64,000 nt of DNA from a virus. The DNA lies in IMG/VR virus record IMGVR_UViG_3300047157_000105, positions 32,001 to 96,000 of that record. One strand, given 5' to 3'. The notes beneath the pieces were generated by a model that was given only the letters and a program-made list of their open reading frames with translations, ran no database searches and had not been told where the DNA came from. Position numbers and translations under genes: made by a program. Position 1 is the stretch's first letter; every line of letters starts with the position of its first letter. Positions 1 to 10,794 of this stretch are shown one piece after another.

Positions 1-1
1 T

Positions 2-130
2 GAGAGCCGCACGAAGTATGGTGTAATGGAGCTATGGAATACATATTATGAAAACCCACAGGAACACGATGATGACCATGAACACGGAGAAGAGAATCCA
101 GAAGCACACATTGACTGGCACGAAAAGTAA
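2..130 (+). CDS. C-terminal fragment of upstream gene (…ENPQEHDDDHEHGEENPEAHIDWHEK*), truncated by window
   Basis: Frame open from base 2 to TAA 128-130; overlaps the over-extended start of the gp16 ORF. Confidence 0.6.
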   Translation, partial: ESRTKYGVMELWNTYYENPQEHDDDHEHGEENPEAHIDWHEK

Positions 131-470
131 AATCGATCAGGACTTCGAAAGAGTCCGTAGAGATTTATTTGATTTGTCAACGCAAGGTGAAGAAGCTATA
201 GAGCTTATGATGGAACTTGCACGTGAGTCTGAGCACCCAAGAGCTTTTGAAGTTCTTGGGCAATTAATTAAACAAAATGCTGAGATAGGCGAAAAAGTTT
301 TAAAGCTTCATAAGAGCAAGAAAGAACAGGATAAAACTGATGAACCTACAGCAATTGCTCAACAAGCAGCAACGAATAACAATGTTTTTATAGGTAGCAC
401 AGCAGAGCTACAGAAGATGTTACGTGATGAAAAGGTAATAGAAACAGAACCGGATTTATTTGAAAAATGA
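48..470 (+). CDS. gp16: terminase small subunit (true start probably downstream, ~78-112)
   Basis: ESEHPRAFEVLGQLIK and NNVFIGSTAELQKML motifs of T4-like gp16; directly upstream of gp17. Confidence 0.85.
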   Translation: MKTHRNTMMTMNTEKRIQKHTLTGTKSKIDQDFERVRRDLFDLSTQGEEAIELMMELARESEHPRAFEVLGQLIKQNAEIGEKVLKLHKSKKEQDKTDEPTAIAQQAATNNNVFIGSTAELQKMLRDEKVIETEPDLFEK

Positions 471-2033
471 GAGAAACAAACTACTTAGGCAATCCGAATG
501 TTCGGGGGTGCCGATGTAGAACATCCATGGACTAAAGAGGAATTAGTTGAATACAAAAAATGTTTAGATGACCCTAAATATTTTGCTAAGAAGTATTGTA
601 AAGTAATCCACCTCGACAAAGGCTTAATACCCTTTGACCTATACCCGTATCAAGAGAAAATGTTTGACTCATTTACGGCCCATCGCTTTAATATAGTTCT
701 GGCATGTCGTCAGAGCGGTAAATCTATTGCTGTGGTCGCGTATCTTCTATGGTATGCTATATTCAAAGGGGAACAGGTTGTAGGTGTACTTGCAAATAAA
801 GAAGCAATTGCAAGAGAGATGTTAGCACGTATTACTCTCATGTTAGAAAACCTACCATTCTTTCTACAACCAGGGTGTACTGCACTTAATAAGAAGTCTA
901 TAGGCTTCTCAAATAATAGTAGAATCATTGCTGCAGCCACATCATCAAGCTCTATTCGTGGTATGTCACTTAATCTTGTTTACCTCGATGAGTTTGCATT
1001 TGTAGATAACGCTGCAGAATTTTATACATCAACATATCCAGTTATCTCATCTGGTAAAACATCTAAGATTATTATCACATCTACAGCCAATGGTATTGGT
1101 AATATGTACCATAAACTATATGAAGGTGCTGTGCAAGGAACAAATGAATTTACACCAACTCGTGTAGACTGGTGGGATGTACCAGGAAGAGATGAAGATT
1201 GGAAGAAGATGACAATAGAGAATACATCCGAACTCCAGTTTGACCAGGAATTCGGCAATAGTTTTCACGGTACAGGAAACACATTAATATCTGCTGATAT
1301 ATTATTAGCGTTAAGATCTGCAGAGCCACAGGAATACTATAACAATGTAAAGATCTTTGACCACCCTCAAGAAGGTCATAATTATATCATGTTTGTCGAT
1401 GTATCTCGTGGAAGAGGTCAAGATTATTCAACATTTACAATTATAGATATATCATGTAACCCCTTTGCACAGGTATGTACATACCGTGATAATATGATAA
1501 GCCCTTTATTATTTCCTGACCTGTTATACAAGTATGCTACACACTATAACGAAGCTCATGTTGTAGTTGAATCAAACGATGCAGGACAAGTTGTATGTAA
1601 TGGTTTATATTATGATTTAGAATATGAGAACGTATTCGTAGAATCTATGGTGAAAGCAAATGCAATCGGTGTTACTATGACAAGTAAAGTTAAAAGGATT
1701 GGATGTTCTAACCTTCGTGATATTATGTCACAGAAGAAGTTAATAATAAAAGATGAAGAAACAATTCGAGAAATGTCGACATTTGTAGCAAAAGGATCTT
1801 CATACCAAGCAGATTCTAACTCACATGATGATCTTATGATGAATTTAGTGATGTTTGGATGGTTCACATCCACACCATTCTTTGCAGAATCAACCGATAT
1901 TAATATGAAAACATTGTTATATAAACAAAAAGTACAGCAATTAGAAGATGAAGTCATACCTGTAGGGCATATGCCTCAGCATGAAGAAGGCAATCATCCG
2001 TTCGGGCCTGGGTGGCAAACCTATAAACCTTAA
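467..2033 (+). CDS. gp17: terminase large subunit; apparent +1 frameshift in G5 run 504-508
   Basis: ATG 467 gives MRETNYLGNPNVR, which joins GADVEHPWT… if one G is removed; CRQSGKS Walker A, YLDEFAF Walker B, RNase H-like nuclease (DVSRG, HDDLMM). Confidence 0.95.
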
Positions 2034-2037
2034 TAAG

Positions 2038-2087
2038 TATAAATAAGTATATTGAGAAAATTCGTATTATGATAAATCTTATAAATA
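2038..2087 (+). promoter_or_regulatory. two T4-type late promoters TATAAATA (2038-2045, 2080-2087)
   Basis: Exact gp55 consensus upstream of gp18. Confidence 0.85.
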
Positions 2088-2106
2088 ACATGACAAAGGA
2101 ATAAAT

Positions 2107-3798
2107 ATGGCAGATCTATACTCACCTGGCGTACAGGTAAAAGAAATTGATTTGACTAATGTCGTACCGTCGGTATCATCTACAATAGGAGCTATGGCTG
2201 GAGCATTCCAGTGGGGCCCATGCGAAGAGATAACTACTGTAACTAGCGAAACGGAATTAGTAGATCAGTTTGGAAAACCAAATGCAGATACGTTTGAAAG
2301 CGTTCTGTCGGCAGCCCAATTTTTAAGTTATGGCAACGCGCTAAAAGTTGTCAGAGCTGTAGGAACATCAGCACGTAACGCGACAGCGTCAGGTACTGGA
2401 ATTTTAGCAAAAAATGATAGCCACTTTGATACATTAACAATTGCAGCTGGAGATTGGGTTATGGCCCGTCATCCTGGTGTTATAGGTACGGCGTTAACTG
2501 TAGAAGTTGCAACTGATCCATCATCTTGGACAGCTAACGCAAGTTGGAAATTATGGACTGATAGTGCTCCTGGCACATCAGCTGGAGCCGCTGCAGTAGG
2601 TGGTTCAAATGATGAAATTCATATCGTAGTTAGAGATTTTACTGGTGCTATAACAGGAACAGCTGGTTCAGTTCTTGAATCTTTTCAACACTTAAGTCAA
2701 GCTAATGATGTTAAAGCAGAAGACGGTACAACTCTATACTATAAAGATCATATTAATGCAAGATCAAAATGGATTCGTATCGGAAATCACTCAGCAGCAA
2801 GTGGAAAAGCATTAACAGATGCAGGAGAATCAGCAGCAGGTAATGCATTTACAAGAGTGAATGTATTCTTTTCTAATCTGTCTGGTGGAGTAGATGATAA
2901 TGCGTTAACTTTAGGTGAAACTACTGCTATGTATAATAAATTTGCTGATGCAGAAACAGTTGATTTAAGTTTAGTGTTCCAAGCAAACTCAGGATTAAGC
3001 AATACTGAGACAAGAACATTAAGTAATTATATAACTGCACTATGTGCAGCAAGAAAAGATGCAGTGGGTTTTGTCTCTCCTGAAAGAGCGGCAACGGTTG
3101 GCGTAGCAGTACCGCTTACTCCGGTAGCAGCATGGAGAACAAATTTAACTTCAACGTCTTACGGCTTTGCAGATTCAAGTTCTCTATATGTTTACGATAA
3201 GTACAATGATGTTTATCGTTGGATATGTGCAGCTGGATCTATGGCAGGACTAGCAGCAAATGCGGATTTAACTGCAGATGCATGGTTCTCACCAGCTGGA
3301 TTCACGAGAGGTAATGTTCGAAATGTTACTAAACTAGCATGGAACCCTAACCAAGCGGATAGAGATGAGTTATATAGGACAGGTGTAAACCCGATTGTAA
3401 CTTTCCCTGGTCAAGGTACAGTGTTATTTGGTGACAAAACAATACAATCTAAAGCAAGTGCATTTGATAGAATCAATGTTCGTAGATTGTTTATTGTTCT
3501 TGAGAAAGCAGTATCTACAGCGTCGAAAGCATCATTATTCGAATTTAATGATGAATTTACGAGAGCTCAATTTAGAAATATGGTTGAGCCATTTTTGAGA
3601 GATGTTCAGGGAAGAAGAGGTATTACAGACTTTAAGGTTGTTTGTGATGGTACTAATAACACTGGTAACATTATAGATAGCAATAAGTTTGTTGCTGATA
3701 TTTATGTCAAACCTGCAAGATCTATTAACTTTATAACATTAAACTTTATTGCCACGAGAACTGGTGTTGAGTTTAGTGAAATTGCAGGAGGTAATTAA
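2107..3798 (+). CDS. gp18: tail sheath protein
   Basis: SPGVQVKEIDLT N-terminus; WFSPAGFTRG; FDRINVRRLF. Confidence 0.97.
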   Translation: MADLYSPGVQVKEIDLTNVVPSVSSTIGAMAGAFQWGPCEEITTVTSETELVDQFGKPNADTFESVLSAAQFLSYGNALKVVRAVGTSARNATASGTGILAKNDSHFDTLTIAAGDWVMARHPGVIGTALTVEVATDPSSWTANASWKLWTDSAPGTSAGAAAVGGSNDEIHIVVRDFTGAITGTAGSVLESFQHLSQANDVKAEDGTTLYYKDHINARSKWIRIGNHSAASGKALTDAGESAAGNAFTRVNVFFSNLSGGVDDNALTLGETTAMYNKFADAETVDLSLVFQANSGLSNTETRTLSNYITALCAARKDAVGFVSPERAATVGVAVPLTPVAAWRTNLTSTSYGFADSSSLYVYDKYNDVYRWICAAGSMAGLAANADLTADAWFSPAGFTRGNVRNVTKLAWNPNQADRDELYRTGVNPIVTFPGQGTVLFGDKTIQSKASAFDRINVRRLFIVLEKAVSTASKASLFEFNDEFTRAQFRNMVEPFLRDVQGRRGITDFKVVCDGTNNTGNIIDSNKFVADIYVKPARSINFITLNFIATRTGVEFSEIAGGN

Positions 3799-3800
3799 TC

Positions 3801-4352
3801 ATGGCGATTTTAGGCGTAGATGATATAAAAGCCCAATTACAGGGCGGCGGAGCAAGACCTAATCTATTCCAGGTCACTATGAACTTTCCAGCTGGTATAA
3901 CTGGCAGAGCAAGCAACTTGACTGGGGCTGGACAAACTAAAGCTAGTTATATGTGTAAAATGGCTTCATTGCCAGGTAGCACTATTGCACCAATTGAGGT
4001 TCCTTTTAGGGGTCGTAAATTGCAAATAGCTGGTGATAGAACATTTGATCCTTGGAGTATTACTGTAATAAATGATACTGACTTTGGTGTACGTAACAAA
4101 TATGAAGAGTGGATGAACGAGATTAACGAGCATAAAAGAAATACTGGATTAACAGATCCTACTTCTTATATGGCTGATATGATTGTTGATCAACTTGATA
4201 AAGATGGTACAGTACTAAAGAGTTATGATATCAGAGGAACTTTTCCTACAACTTTAGGACCGATCGAGCTTGACTATGGCTCAGAGAACGTTATCGAAGA
4301 GTTTGAGGTTGAGTTACAAATACAGTATTGGGAGTCTAATACAACAACGTAA
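3801..4352 (+). CDS. gp19: tail tube protein
   Basis: GGGARPNLF; FRGRKLQIAGDRTFDPW; synteny. Confidence 0.96.
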   Translation: MAILGVDDIKAQLQGGGARPNLFQVTMNFPAGITGRASNLTGAGQTKASYMCKMASLPGSTIAPIEVPFRGRKLQIAGDRTFDPWSITVINDTDFGVRNKYEEWMNEINEHKRNTGLTDPTSYMADMIVDQLDKDGTVLKSYDIRGTFPTTLGPIELDYGSENVIEEFEVELQIQYWESNTTT

Positions 4353-4370
4353 ATCATCGATATAACATAA

Positions 4371-4395
4371 GGAGTGCCTTCGGGCACTCTTTCTT
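4371..4395 (+). terminator. Rho-independent terminator (GAGTGCC-TTCG-GGCACTC + T-rich tail), followed by late promoter TATAAATA 4402-4409
   Basis: UUCG tetraloop hairpin after gp19 stop. Confidence 0.85.
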
Positions 4396-4444
4396 AAGTG
4401 TTATAAATAATATTTAAGAAAGAGTGTTTAAGGAATAAAATTTT

Positions 4445-5950
4445 ATGGCAGAAAGCAGATCACTATTTGGTTTTGAATTTAAAAGAAAATCAATAGAGCA
4501 AAACAAAAAACCAGTATCGTTTACCCCAGATAACGAGGATGGTGCATATGAGATATCACCAACAGGTGGTTATTTTGGTCAATACATGGATCTTAGTGGA
4601 GATAAGTATCAATCCGATAAAGATCTAATCATGAAATATCGATCGATAGCTGCATATCCTGAAGTAGATATGGCTATTGAAGATATATGTAATGAAGCAA
4701 TTACAGATGAGAATGGTGTTATCGCTAAGCTAAACCTTGATAACCTAGACCAAGCAGATAAAGTTAAAGAGCTTATTCAAGATGAATTTCAAAGGATTCT
4801 TAATTTAACTAACTTCTCATCTACAGCATACGACACATTTAGACGTTGGTATATTGATGGACGTTTATTCTATCATGTTATTATTAATCCAAATAAGACT
4901 GATGCTGGTATAATTGAATTAAGACAGATAGATCCTACAAAGATTCGTAAGATTAAAGAAACTGAGAAGGTTAAAGATCCTAAGACTGGTGCTGATCTTG
5001 TTAAAGAAGTTGCTGAGTATTATTTGTACCAAGATGATTCAATGACTCAAAATGGTGAGGGTTTACGTATTAACACTGATGCTATTATTCAGGTTAACTC
5101 AGGAATGTTAAATGAAGAACGTAATAAGGTTGTTGGCTATTTAAATAAAGCCCTTAAACCTATTAATCAATTAAGTATGATGGAAGACTCACTTGTTATC
5201 TATCGTATATCTAGAGCACCTGAACGTAGAATATTTTATATTGATGTTGGTAATCTACCTAAAGGTAAAGCAGAAGAATATTTAAATAGCACGATGAATA
5301 GATATCGTAATAAGATCGTATATGATCCTGCTACGGGTAATATTAAAGATGAGAAGGTTCATCGTAATATTATGGAAGATTTTTGGTTACCACGTAGAGA
5401 GGGCGGTCGTGGTACTGAGATTGATACTCTACCTGGTGGTTCTAACCTTGGTGAGATCGAAGATATTCAATACTTCCAAAACAAATTATATAGGTCTTTA
5501 AATATACCTATGTCAAGATTGACTGAAGCAGATGCATTTTCTGTTGGTCGATCTTCAGAAATTACGCGTGACGAACTTAAATTCCAGAAATTTATTGATC
5601 GTATTCGTAATAAGTTCTCAACACTATTTTATGAAGCACTGAAAAGGCAGTTAATCCTGAAGAAGATTATTGTGCCAAGTGACTGGGTAAATATCCGCGA
5701 AGATATAGTTGTTGAGTATTCTAGAGATAACTACTATGCTGAATTGAAGGATGCAGAAATCCTTCGTGAAAGAATAGAAATGGTACAAATGTTAGATGAA
5801 TATATTGGTACGTTCTGGTCTAAAGACTGGGTACGTAGAAATATTCTTAAACTTACTGATGAAGATATTAAACAAATCGCTAAGGATAATAAAGATGATC
5901 CAGTTACACCGGATGATTTCAATCCTGATTTGTCTAATTCAGCGATATAA
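4445..5950 (+). CDS. gp20: portal vertex protein
   Basis: YRISRAPERRIFYIDVGNLPK; EDFWLPRREGGRGTEI. Confidence 0.98.
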   Translation: MAESRSLFGFEFKRKSIEQNKKPVSFTPDNEDGAYEISPTGGYFGQYMDLSGDKYQSDKDLIMKYRSIAAYPEVDMAIEDICNEAITDENGVIAKLNLDNLDQADKVKELIQDEFQRILNLTNFSSTAYDTFRRWYIDGRLFYHVIINPNKTDAGIIELRQIDPTKIRKIKETEKVKDPKTGADLVKEVAEYYLYQDDSMTQNGEGLRINTDAIIQVNSGMLNEERNKVVGYLNKALKPINQLSMMEDSLVIYRISRAPERRIFYIDVGNLPKGKAEEYLNSTMNRYRNKIVYDPATGNIKDEKVHRNIMEDFWLPRREGGRGTEIDTLPGGSNLGEIEDIQYFQNKLYRSLNIPMSRLTEADAFSVGRSSEITRDELKFQKFIDRIRNKFSTLFYEALKRQLILKKIIVPSDWVNIREDIVVEYSRDNYYAELKDAEILRERIEMVQMLDEYIGTFWSKDWVRRNILKLTDEDIKQIAKDNKDDPVTPDDFNPDLSNSAI

Positions 5951-6013
5951 ACATAATGTATACATAAAGTTTACTGGAAATAAACATTTTTATAAATACT
6001 TAACAGAGAGATT

Positions 6014-6235
6014 ATGAACACAAGAGAATTAATTGATAATATAAAATCGGGTGATGCGCAAGCAAGCAACAATACTTTTAATAGTATTATGCATGATAAA
6101 TTGATTGACGCATTAGATAATCATAAACAAGAAGTTGCTTCTAAAATGTATGGAGCATCTGATAACGCTCCTGCAGTTGAAGAACCTGCGATGGAGACAG
6201 AGACAGGAGAAGTTGAAGCGGATGCTGACGTTTAA
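6014..6235 (+). CDS. prohead core protein (gp67-like)
   Basis: Small protein with acidic tail between portal and protease; late promoter 5991-5998. Confidence 0.6.
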   Translation: MNTRELIDNIKSGDAQASNNTFNSIMHDKLIDALDNHKQEVASKMYGASDNAPAVEEPAMETETGEVEADADV

Positions 6236-6452
6236 GGAATCATTTAATGAAGTAATCGAAGCTAAATTAAAGCTCCCGAAAGGTGAAAAGGTAGCCAAGG
6301 AATTAAAAAAACTTGGAAAAAAGAAAAATGTGAGTGCTGTTATCACAAGCAAGTTTAATCTTTATATTGATGGCGTTAAGCTTGATAAGTTTAAAGATAT
6401 GGCTAGTGCTGAAAAAGCAGTTAAAGAATTCATCAAATTAATGGGAGCATAA
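6222..6452 (+). CDS. prohead core / internal protein (gp68 position); start revised to ATG 6222
   Basis: MLTFKESFNEVIE N-terminus resembles the capsid-targeting sequence; Lys-rich; synteny. Confidence 0.55.
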   Translation: MLTFKESFNEVIEAKLKLPKGEKVAKELKKLGKKKNVSAVITSKFNLYIDGVKLDKFKDMASAEKAVKEFIKLMGA

Positions 6453-7103
6453 ATGAAGTTAATCACAGAATATACTCAGAATCAGTTGGGTTATTCTATC
6501 CAAGAGGATAAGAAAACTGGCAAGAAGAATGTCGTACTTGAAGGCGTCTTCATGCAAGCTGAGAATAAGAACAAGAATGGTAGAATTTATACTAGAGAAG
6601 TTCTTACAAGAGCCGTTGATAAATTTGTTAACGAGCAAGTAATTACAGGCCGTGCAGTTGGTGAGCTAAATCACCCTGATGGGCCTTCCATTAATTTGGA
6701 TAAAGTTTCTCACAGAATTACCGAACTTAATTGGGATGGTAATAATGTGATGGGAAAAGCACTTATTTTGGATACACCTATGGGACAGATTGTAAAAGGT
6801 CTTGTTGAGGGTGGCGTTCAACTAGGAGTGTCAAGTCGTGGTATGGGAAGCCTTTCAATGAAGAATGGTGTTAACTATGTAGCTGATGATTTCATGCTAA
6901 ACACAGTTGATATTGTTCAGGATCCTTCTGCCCCTAATGCGTTTGTTAACGGCATTATGGAAGGAGTTTCTTATGAGCAGGATAGACCTGGTCATTTTGT
7001 GAAGGTAATTGATGAAGGTGAGACAGAAGTGAAAGAATCTAAAGAGATGTTCTCGGAAGAGCAACAGATCGCAGGTTTTGAGCATTTCCTCTCTAAACTA
7101 TAA
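6453..7103 (+). CDS. gp21: prohead protease
   Basis: GELNHPD, GVSSRGMGS, DIVQDPSAPNAFV. Confidence 0.97.
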   Translation: MKLITEYTQNQLGYSIQEDKKTGKKNVVLEGVFMQAENKNKNGRIYTREVLTRAVDKFVNEQVITGRAVGELNHPDGPSINLDKVSHRITELNWDGNNVMGKALILDTPMGQIVKGLVEGGVQLGVSSRGMGSLSMKNGVNYVADDFMLNTVDIVQDPSAPNAFVNGIMEGVSYEQDRPGHFVKVIDEGETEVKESKEMFSEEQQIAGFEHFLSKL

Positions 7104-7123
7104 TCTCTATAGGAGAAAACATA

Positions 7124-8233
7124 ATGTCTGAAGTTAAAGACGAAATTGTTGAAGATGTAGCAGAGGTTATCGTAGAGGATACGGAAGTAGAAGCAACGGT
7201 AGAAGTACCTGAAGCACCTCTTACGGAAGCTCGTACAGTATCAGCAATACAAGCCTCTATGACAGGAATGTCTAAAGAGGGCCTTGACGCCATCTTTGAA
7301 GCAGCGAAAAAAGCAGAAGCGAAAGCTAAAGTGGAAGACGATGAAGAAGAAGAGGACGATGAAGGTGATGAGGACGAAGGCGATGTAGAAGAAGGAAAGT
7401 CTAAGAAAGAGCAAGTAGACGGAGAAAAAGATCTAGACACAGCTAAAGCTAAGAAAAAGAAAAAGACAGCTGATGATGGATCTGAAATCGAAGTAACTGC
7501 TGAGAAGAAGAAATTTAAAGAAGATGTTGAAGCGTTAATTAAAGACGAAGATACATTATCTGAAGGTTTCAAAGCGAAAGCTGAGACTATTTTTGAAGCT
7601 GCACTGCAATCAAAAATCATTTCTGAAACTGCAAAATTAGAAGAGAGATATGCTTCTGATCTAGCAGGTGAAGTTGAAGCTATTAAAGAAGATTTAGTTG
7701 ACAAGGTTGACGGCTACTTAACATATGTAGTTGAAAACTGGATGAAGGATAACGAAGTTGCGATTGAGCATTCTTTGAAGTCTGAAATCACTGAGTCATT
7801 CATTGATTCACTAGGCCAGTTATTTGCTGAGCATCACATCAACGTTCCTGAAGATAAAGGTGACATCTTAGATGCACTATCTGAAGAAGCGAAAGATGCT
7901 AAAGCTCAATTAAATGACGAAACTGCAAGAGCTATGGAACTTGCTGAGCAAGTTAAAACTTACCAACGTAAGGATATCGTAGCAGAAGCATGTGAAGGCT
8001 TAGCGGCAACTGAAGCAGCAAAAGTAAAAGAATTAGCAGAGGCTGTTGAAGCTGATGATAATCAAGCTTTTGCATCTAAAGTAGCTACAATTAAGGAATC
8101 TTACCTTAAGAAAGATACCGCGGTAGAAGCAACTCCGGAAGTTGATGCTATTACTGAGGATACACAAGAACAAGATGTTTCTGATAATATGAAGAGATAT
8201 CTAAGCGCAATCGAGCGCACAACATCCATCTAA
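7124..8233 (+). CDS. gp22: prohead scaffolding protein
   Basis: Acidic coiled coil; KVDGYLTYVVENW; lies between gp21 and gp23. Confidence 0.93.
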   Translation: MSEVKDEIVEDVAEVIVEDTEVEATVEVPEAPLTEARTVSAIQASMTGMSKEGLDAIFEAAKKAEAKAKVEDDEEEEDDEGDEDEGDVEEGKSKKEQVDGEKDLDTAKAKKKKKTADDGSEIEVTAEKKKFKEDVEALIKDEDTLSEGFKAKAETIFEAALQSKIISETAKLEERYASDLAGEVEAIKEDLVDKVDGYLTYVVENWMKDNEVAIEHSLKSEITESFIDSLGQLFAEHHINVPEDKGDILDALSEEAKDAKAQLNDETARAMELAEQVKTYQRKDIVAEACEGLAATEAAKVKELAEAVEADDNQAFASKVATIKESYLKKDTAVEATPEVDAITEDTQEQDVSDNMKRYLSAIERTTSI

Positions 8234-8247
8234 TAGGAGAATTTTAA

Positions 8248-9549
8248 ATGGAAATTAATAGACAAGTATTACAGGAAAAATGGGCTCCTGTACTTGAGTC
8301 TCAAGAAGCTGGCAAGATCGGTGATGCGCACAAGCGTGCCGTAACTGCTGTTGTTCTTGAGAACCAAGAAAAAGCGTTTCAAGAAGAGAAGCAGTTAAAT
8401 GAAACTGCTGCTAACGCTACTGGCTCAAACATTGATAATTGGGATCCTGTCCTAATTAGCTTGGTAAGACGTGCGACTCCTGCAATGTTAGCATTTGATC
8501 TAGTTGGCGTACAGCCAATGACTGGACCAACTGGCCTAATCTTTGCTATGAAGTCTAAGTACAGCACACAAGGTGGTACTGAAGCATTGTTCAACGAAGC
8601 TGACACTGGTTTTTCTGGTGCTGCTTCTGGCGATACTGGTGCTGCTGACGCTGGCAACAACGATCCGTTTTCTGGTGACGATCCTTCTTCAGGTGGTTCA
8701 GTAGGTACTGACTCTGACTCTGTTGCTGAGTATATGCCTGGTTCAGGTAACACTACAGCGGTTGCTGAAGCGCAAGGTAACTCTGGTGCTGCTATTCCTC
8801 AAATGGCGTTCTCAATCGATAAGACTACTGTGACTGCAAAGTCTCGTGCTCTTAAAGCTGAGTACACAACTGAGTTAGCGCAAGACCTTAAGGCTATCCA
8901 TGGTCTTTCTGCTGAAACTGAATTGGCAAACATTTTGTCAACTGAGATTCTTGCTGAAATGAATCGTGAAATCATCCGTTTAGTTAACATTGGTGCTAAA
9001 GTTTCTACTCGCGGTAACGCTGCTGGAACTTTCAATGCAACTAATGCTACTGACAACGGTGGTGCTAGATGGTCAATTGAGCGTTACAAAGCTCTAGTTC
9101 AAGCAATTGAGCACGAAGCTAACCAAATTGCTGTTGACACTCGTCGCGGTAAGGGTAACTGGGTACTAGTATCTAACAACGTTGCTGCAGCTCTAAATGC
9201 TGCTGGCGTTATGGACACTGGTATGGGTGCGTTAGGTGCACAGCAAATGGATTCAGATGTAACTGGATCTCTACTTGCTGGTACTTTAAATGGTAACATT
9301 AAAGTGTATGTTGATCCATACGCTGGTGTAGACTATTTCAACGTTGGTTATAAGGGTACTAACCCATATGACGCTGGAATGTTCTATTGCCCATATGTTC
9401 CATTAAGCATGATGAAGACAATCGGTGAGAATGATTTCCAACCGAAAATCGGATTCAAAACTCGTTACGGTATTGCTGACAATCCTTTTGTCACTGCAGG
9501 AAATAACAACAACGTATACTACAGAAAACGTAAGGTCACTGGCCTATAA
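8248..9549 (+). CDS. gp23: major capsid protein
   Basis: GVQPMTGPTGLIFAM; KSRALKAEYT; FQPKIGFKTRYG. Confidence 0.99.
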   Translation: MEINRQVLQEKWAPVLESQEAGKIGDAHKRAVTAVVLENQEKAFQEEKQLNETAANATGSNIDNWDPVLISLVRRATPAMLAFDLVGVQPMTGPTGLIFAMKSKYSTQGGTEALFNEADTGFSGAASGDTGAADAGNNDPFSGDDPSSGGSVGTDSDSVAEYMPGSGNTTAVAEAQGNSGAAIPQMAFSIDKTTVTAKSRALKAEYTTELAQDLKAIHGLSAETELANILSTEILAEMNREIIRLVNIGAKVSTRGNAAGTFNATNATDNGGARWSIERYKALVQAIEHEANQIAVDTRRGKGNWVLVSNNVAAALNAAGVMDTGMGALGAQQMDSDVTGSLLAGTLNGNIKVYVDPYAGVDYFNVGYKGTNPYDAGMFYCPYVPLSMMKTIGENDFQPKIGFKTRYGIADNPFVTAGNNNNVYYRKRKVTGL

Positions 9550-9569
9550 TTTTCTAAATATACACAGTG

Positions 9570-9597
9570 AAATCCCCCTTAATTGGGGGATTTTTCT
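9570..9597 (+). terminator. Rho-independent terminator after gp23, followed by late promoter 9599-9606
   Basis: AAATCCCCC-TTAATT-GGGGGATTT + T run. Confidence 0.85.
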
Positions 9598-9611
9598 TTA
9601 TAAATAACATT

Positions 9612-10073
9612 ATGCCAAGCACTAATTTTTTAAATCCATCATCGTTTGTAATGTCTTTAGACAGCCAGACATATTCTGGGGTAGAATTCACTGTGCAATC
9701 TGCTTCAATACCTGATGTCTCATCTGAAGGAGCAATATTATCATTTAAATCTGTTAATACTGCAATGGCAGCAGATAAGATTACATATAGCCCCCTTGAA
9801 TTATCTTTTTTAATTGATGAAGATCTTTTAAATTATAAAGAAATATATGATTGGATTAAATCTAATGTAGAAACTGATCAACCAGTTACTAATCATGTGC
9901 GTGACTTAACGCTAACAATTATGAATTCATCAAATAACGTAGCAAAACAAATACGTTTTATTGATGCTCAACCAATAAACCTCTCATCCTTACCATTTGA
10001 AATTACTACAGTAGATGCAGAATATCTAACTGCTGTCGTATCATTCCAATATTCTTATTACGAATTCGTATAA
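9612..10073 (+). CDS. gp3: tail tube terminator (gp3-like); start revised to ATG 9612
   Basis: NFLNPSSF…FLIDEDLLNYKEIYDWI…FQYSYYEF; typical position after gp23. Confidence 0.85.
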   Translation: MPSTNFLNPSSFVMSLDSQTYSGVEFTVQSASIPDVSSEGAILSFKSVNTAMAADKITYSPLELSFLIDEDLLNYKEIYDWIKSNVETDQPVTNHVRDLTLTIMNSSNNVAKQIRFIDAQPINLSSLPFEITTVDAEYLTAVVSFQYSYYEFV

Positions 10074-10079
10074 CACCTA

Positions 10080-10107
10080 TGTACATTGGGTAAAAATATG
10101 ATATAAT
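10080..10107 (+). promoter_or_regulatory. early/middle promoter TGTACA-N16-TATAAT
   Basis: Member of the recurrent promoter family. Confidence 0.8.
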
Positions 10108-10136
10108 ATAATCATTATAAGTATAACTAGATTATT

Positions 10137-10583
10137 ATGAATATTGAACAAGTACTAGAAATGTGGAAGGAAGATTCCATAATAGATGATTTAAAATTAG
10201 ATGACACTACTATTAAGATGGCACGTGTACATAGTAAGTATCTTGAATTAATTACTATTTCAAAGATGCGTAGAAAGAAAAAAGATCTTGACTATAAAAC
10301 ATTGCTTAAAGATAAGTGGTTATATTATAATGGTAAACTATCTAAAGATCAGATAGATGCATTCAATTGGGAATACGATCCATTTGGTGGTCTGAATAAA
10401 CCACTGAAAGGTGACATGAATTATTATTATGATGCAGATACTGATATCCAAAAAGCTCAAGCAGCACTTGAATATGATAAGGTTCTCATTGAAACCTTAG
10501 AAGAAATTATGTCTACCATACGTTGGAGACATCAGAATATTGGTAACATAATTAAATGGAGAAGTTTTGAAGCAGGAGTTTAG
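10137..10583 (+). CDS. uvsY: recombination mediator UvsY
   Basis: HSKYL, KWLYYNGK, NIIKWRSFEAG. Confidence 0.92.
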   Translation: MNIEQVLEMWKEDSIIDDLKLDDTTIKMARVHSKYLELITISKMRRKKKDLDYKTLLKDKWLYYNGKLSKDQIDAFNWEYDPFGGLNKPLKGDMNYYYDADTDIQKAQAALEYDKVLIETLEEIMSTIRWRHQNIGNIIKWRSFEAGV

Positions 10584-10794
10584 TCGCAAGACACTTGAGT
10601 TATTACTCGTACACTATAACAATATAAACAAAGACTTAAAGCCATGTGCTGAAAAGGCTAAGTTTGAGAAGTTAATTAAAGAGACTGAAGAGAAATTAAA
10701 GTCTGCACCATTAGATAGAGTTTATCCAGATGGAATGACTGCTATGGAATTTGCATTACACTTAGCACATGGAAGAAATAACAGTACAGACTAA
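10567..10794 (+). CDS. hypothetical protein
   Basis: ORF overlapping both neighbours, which suggests translational coupling. Confidence 0.55.
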   Translation: MKQEFSRKTLELLLVHYNNINKDLKPCAEKAKFEKLIKETEEKLKSAPLDRVYPDGMTAMEFALHLAHGRNNSTD

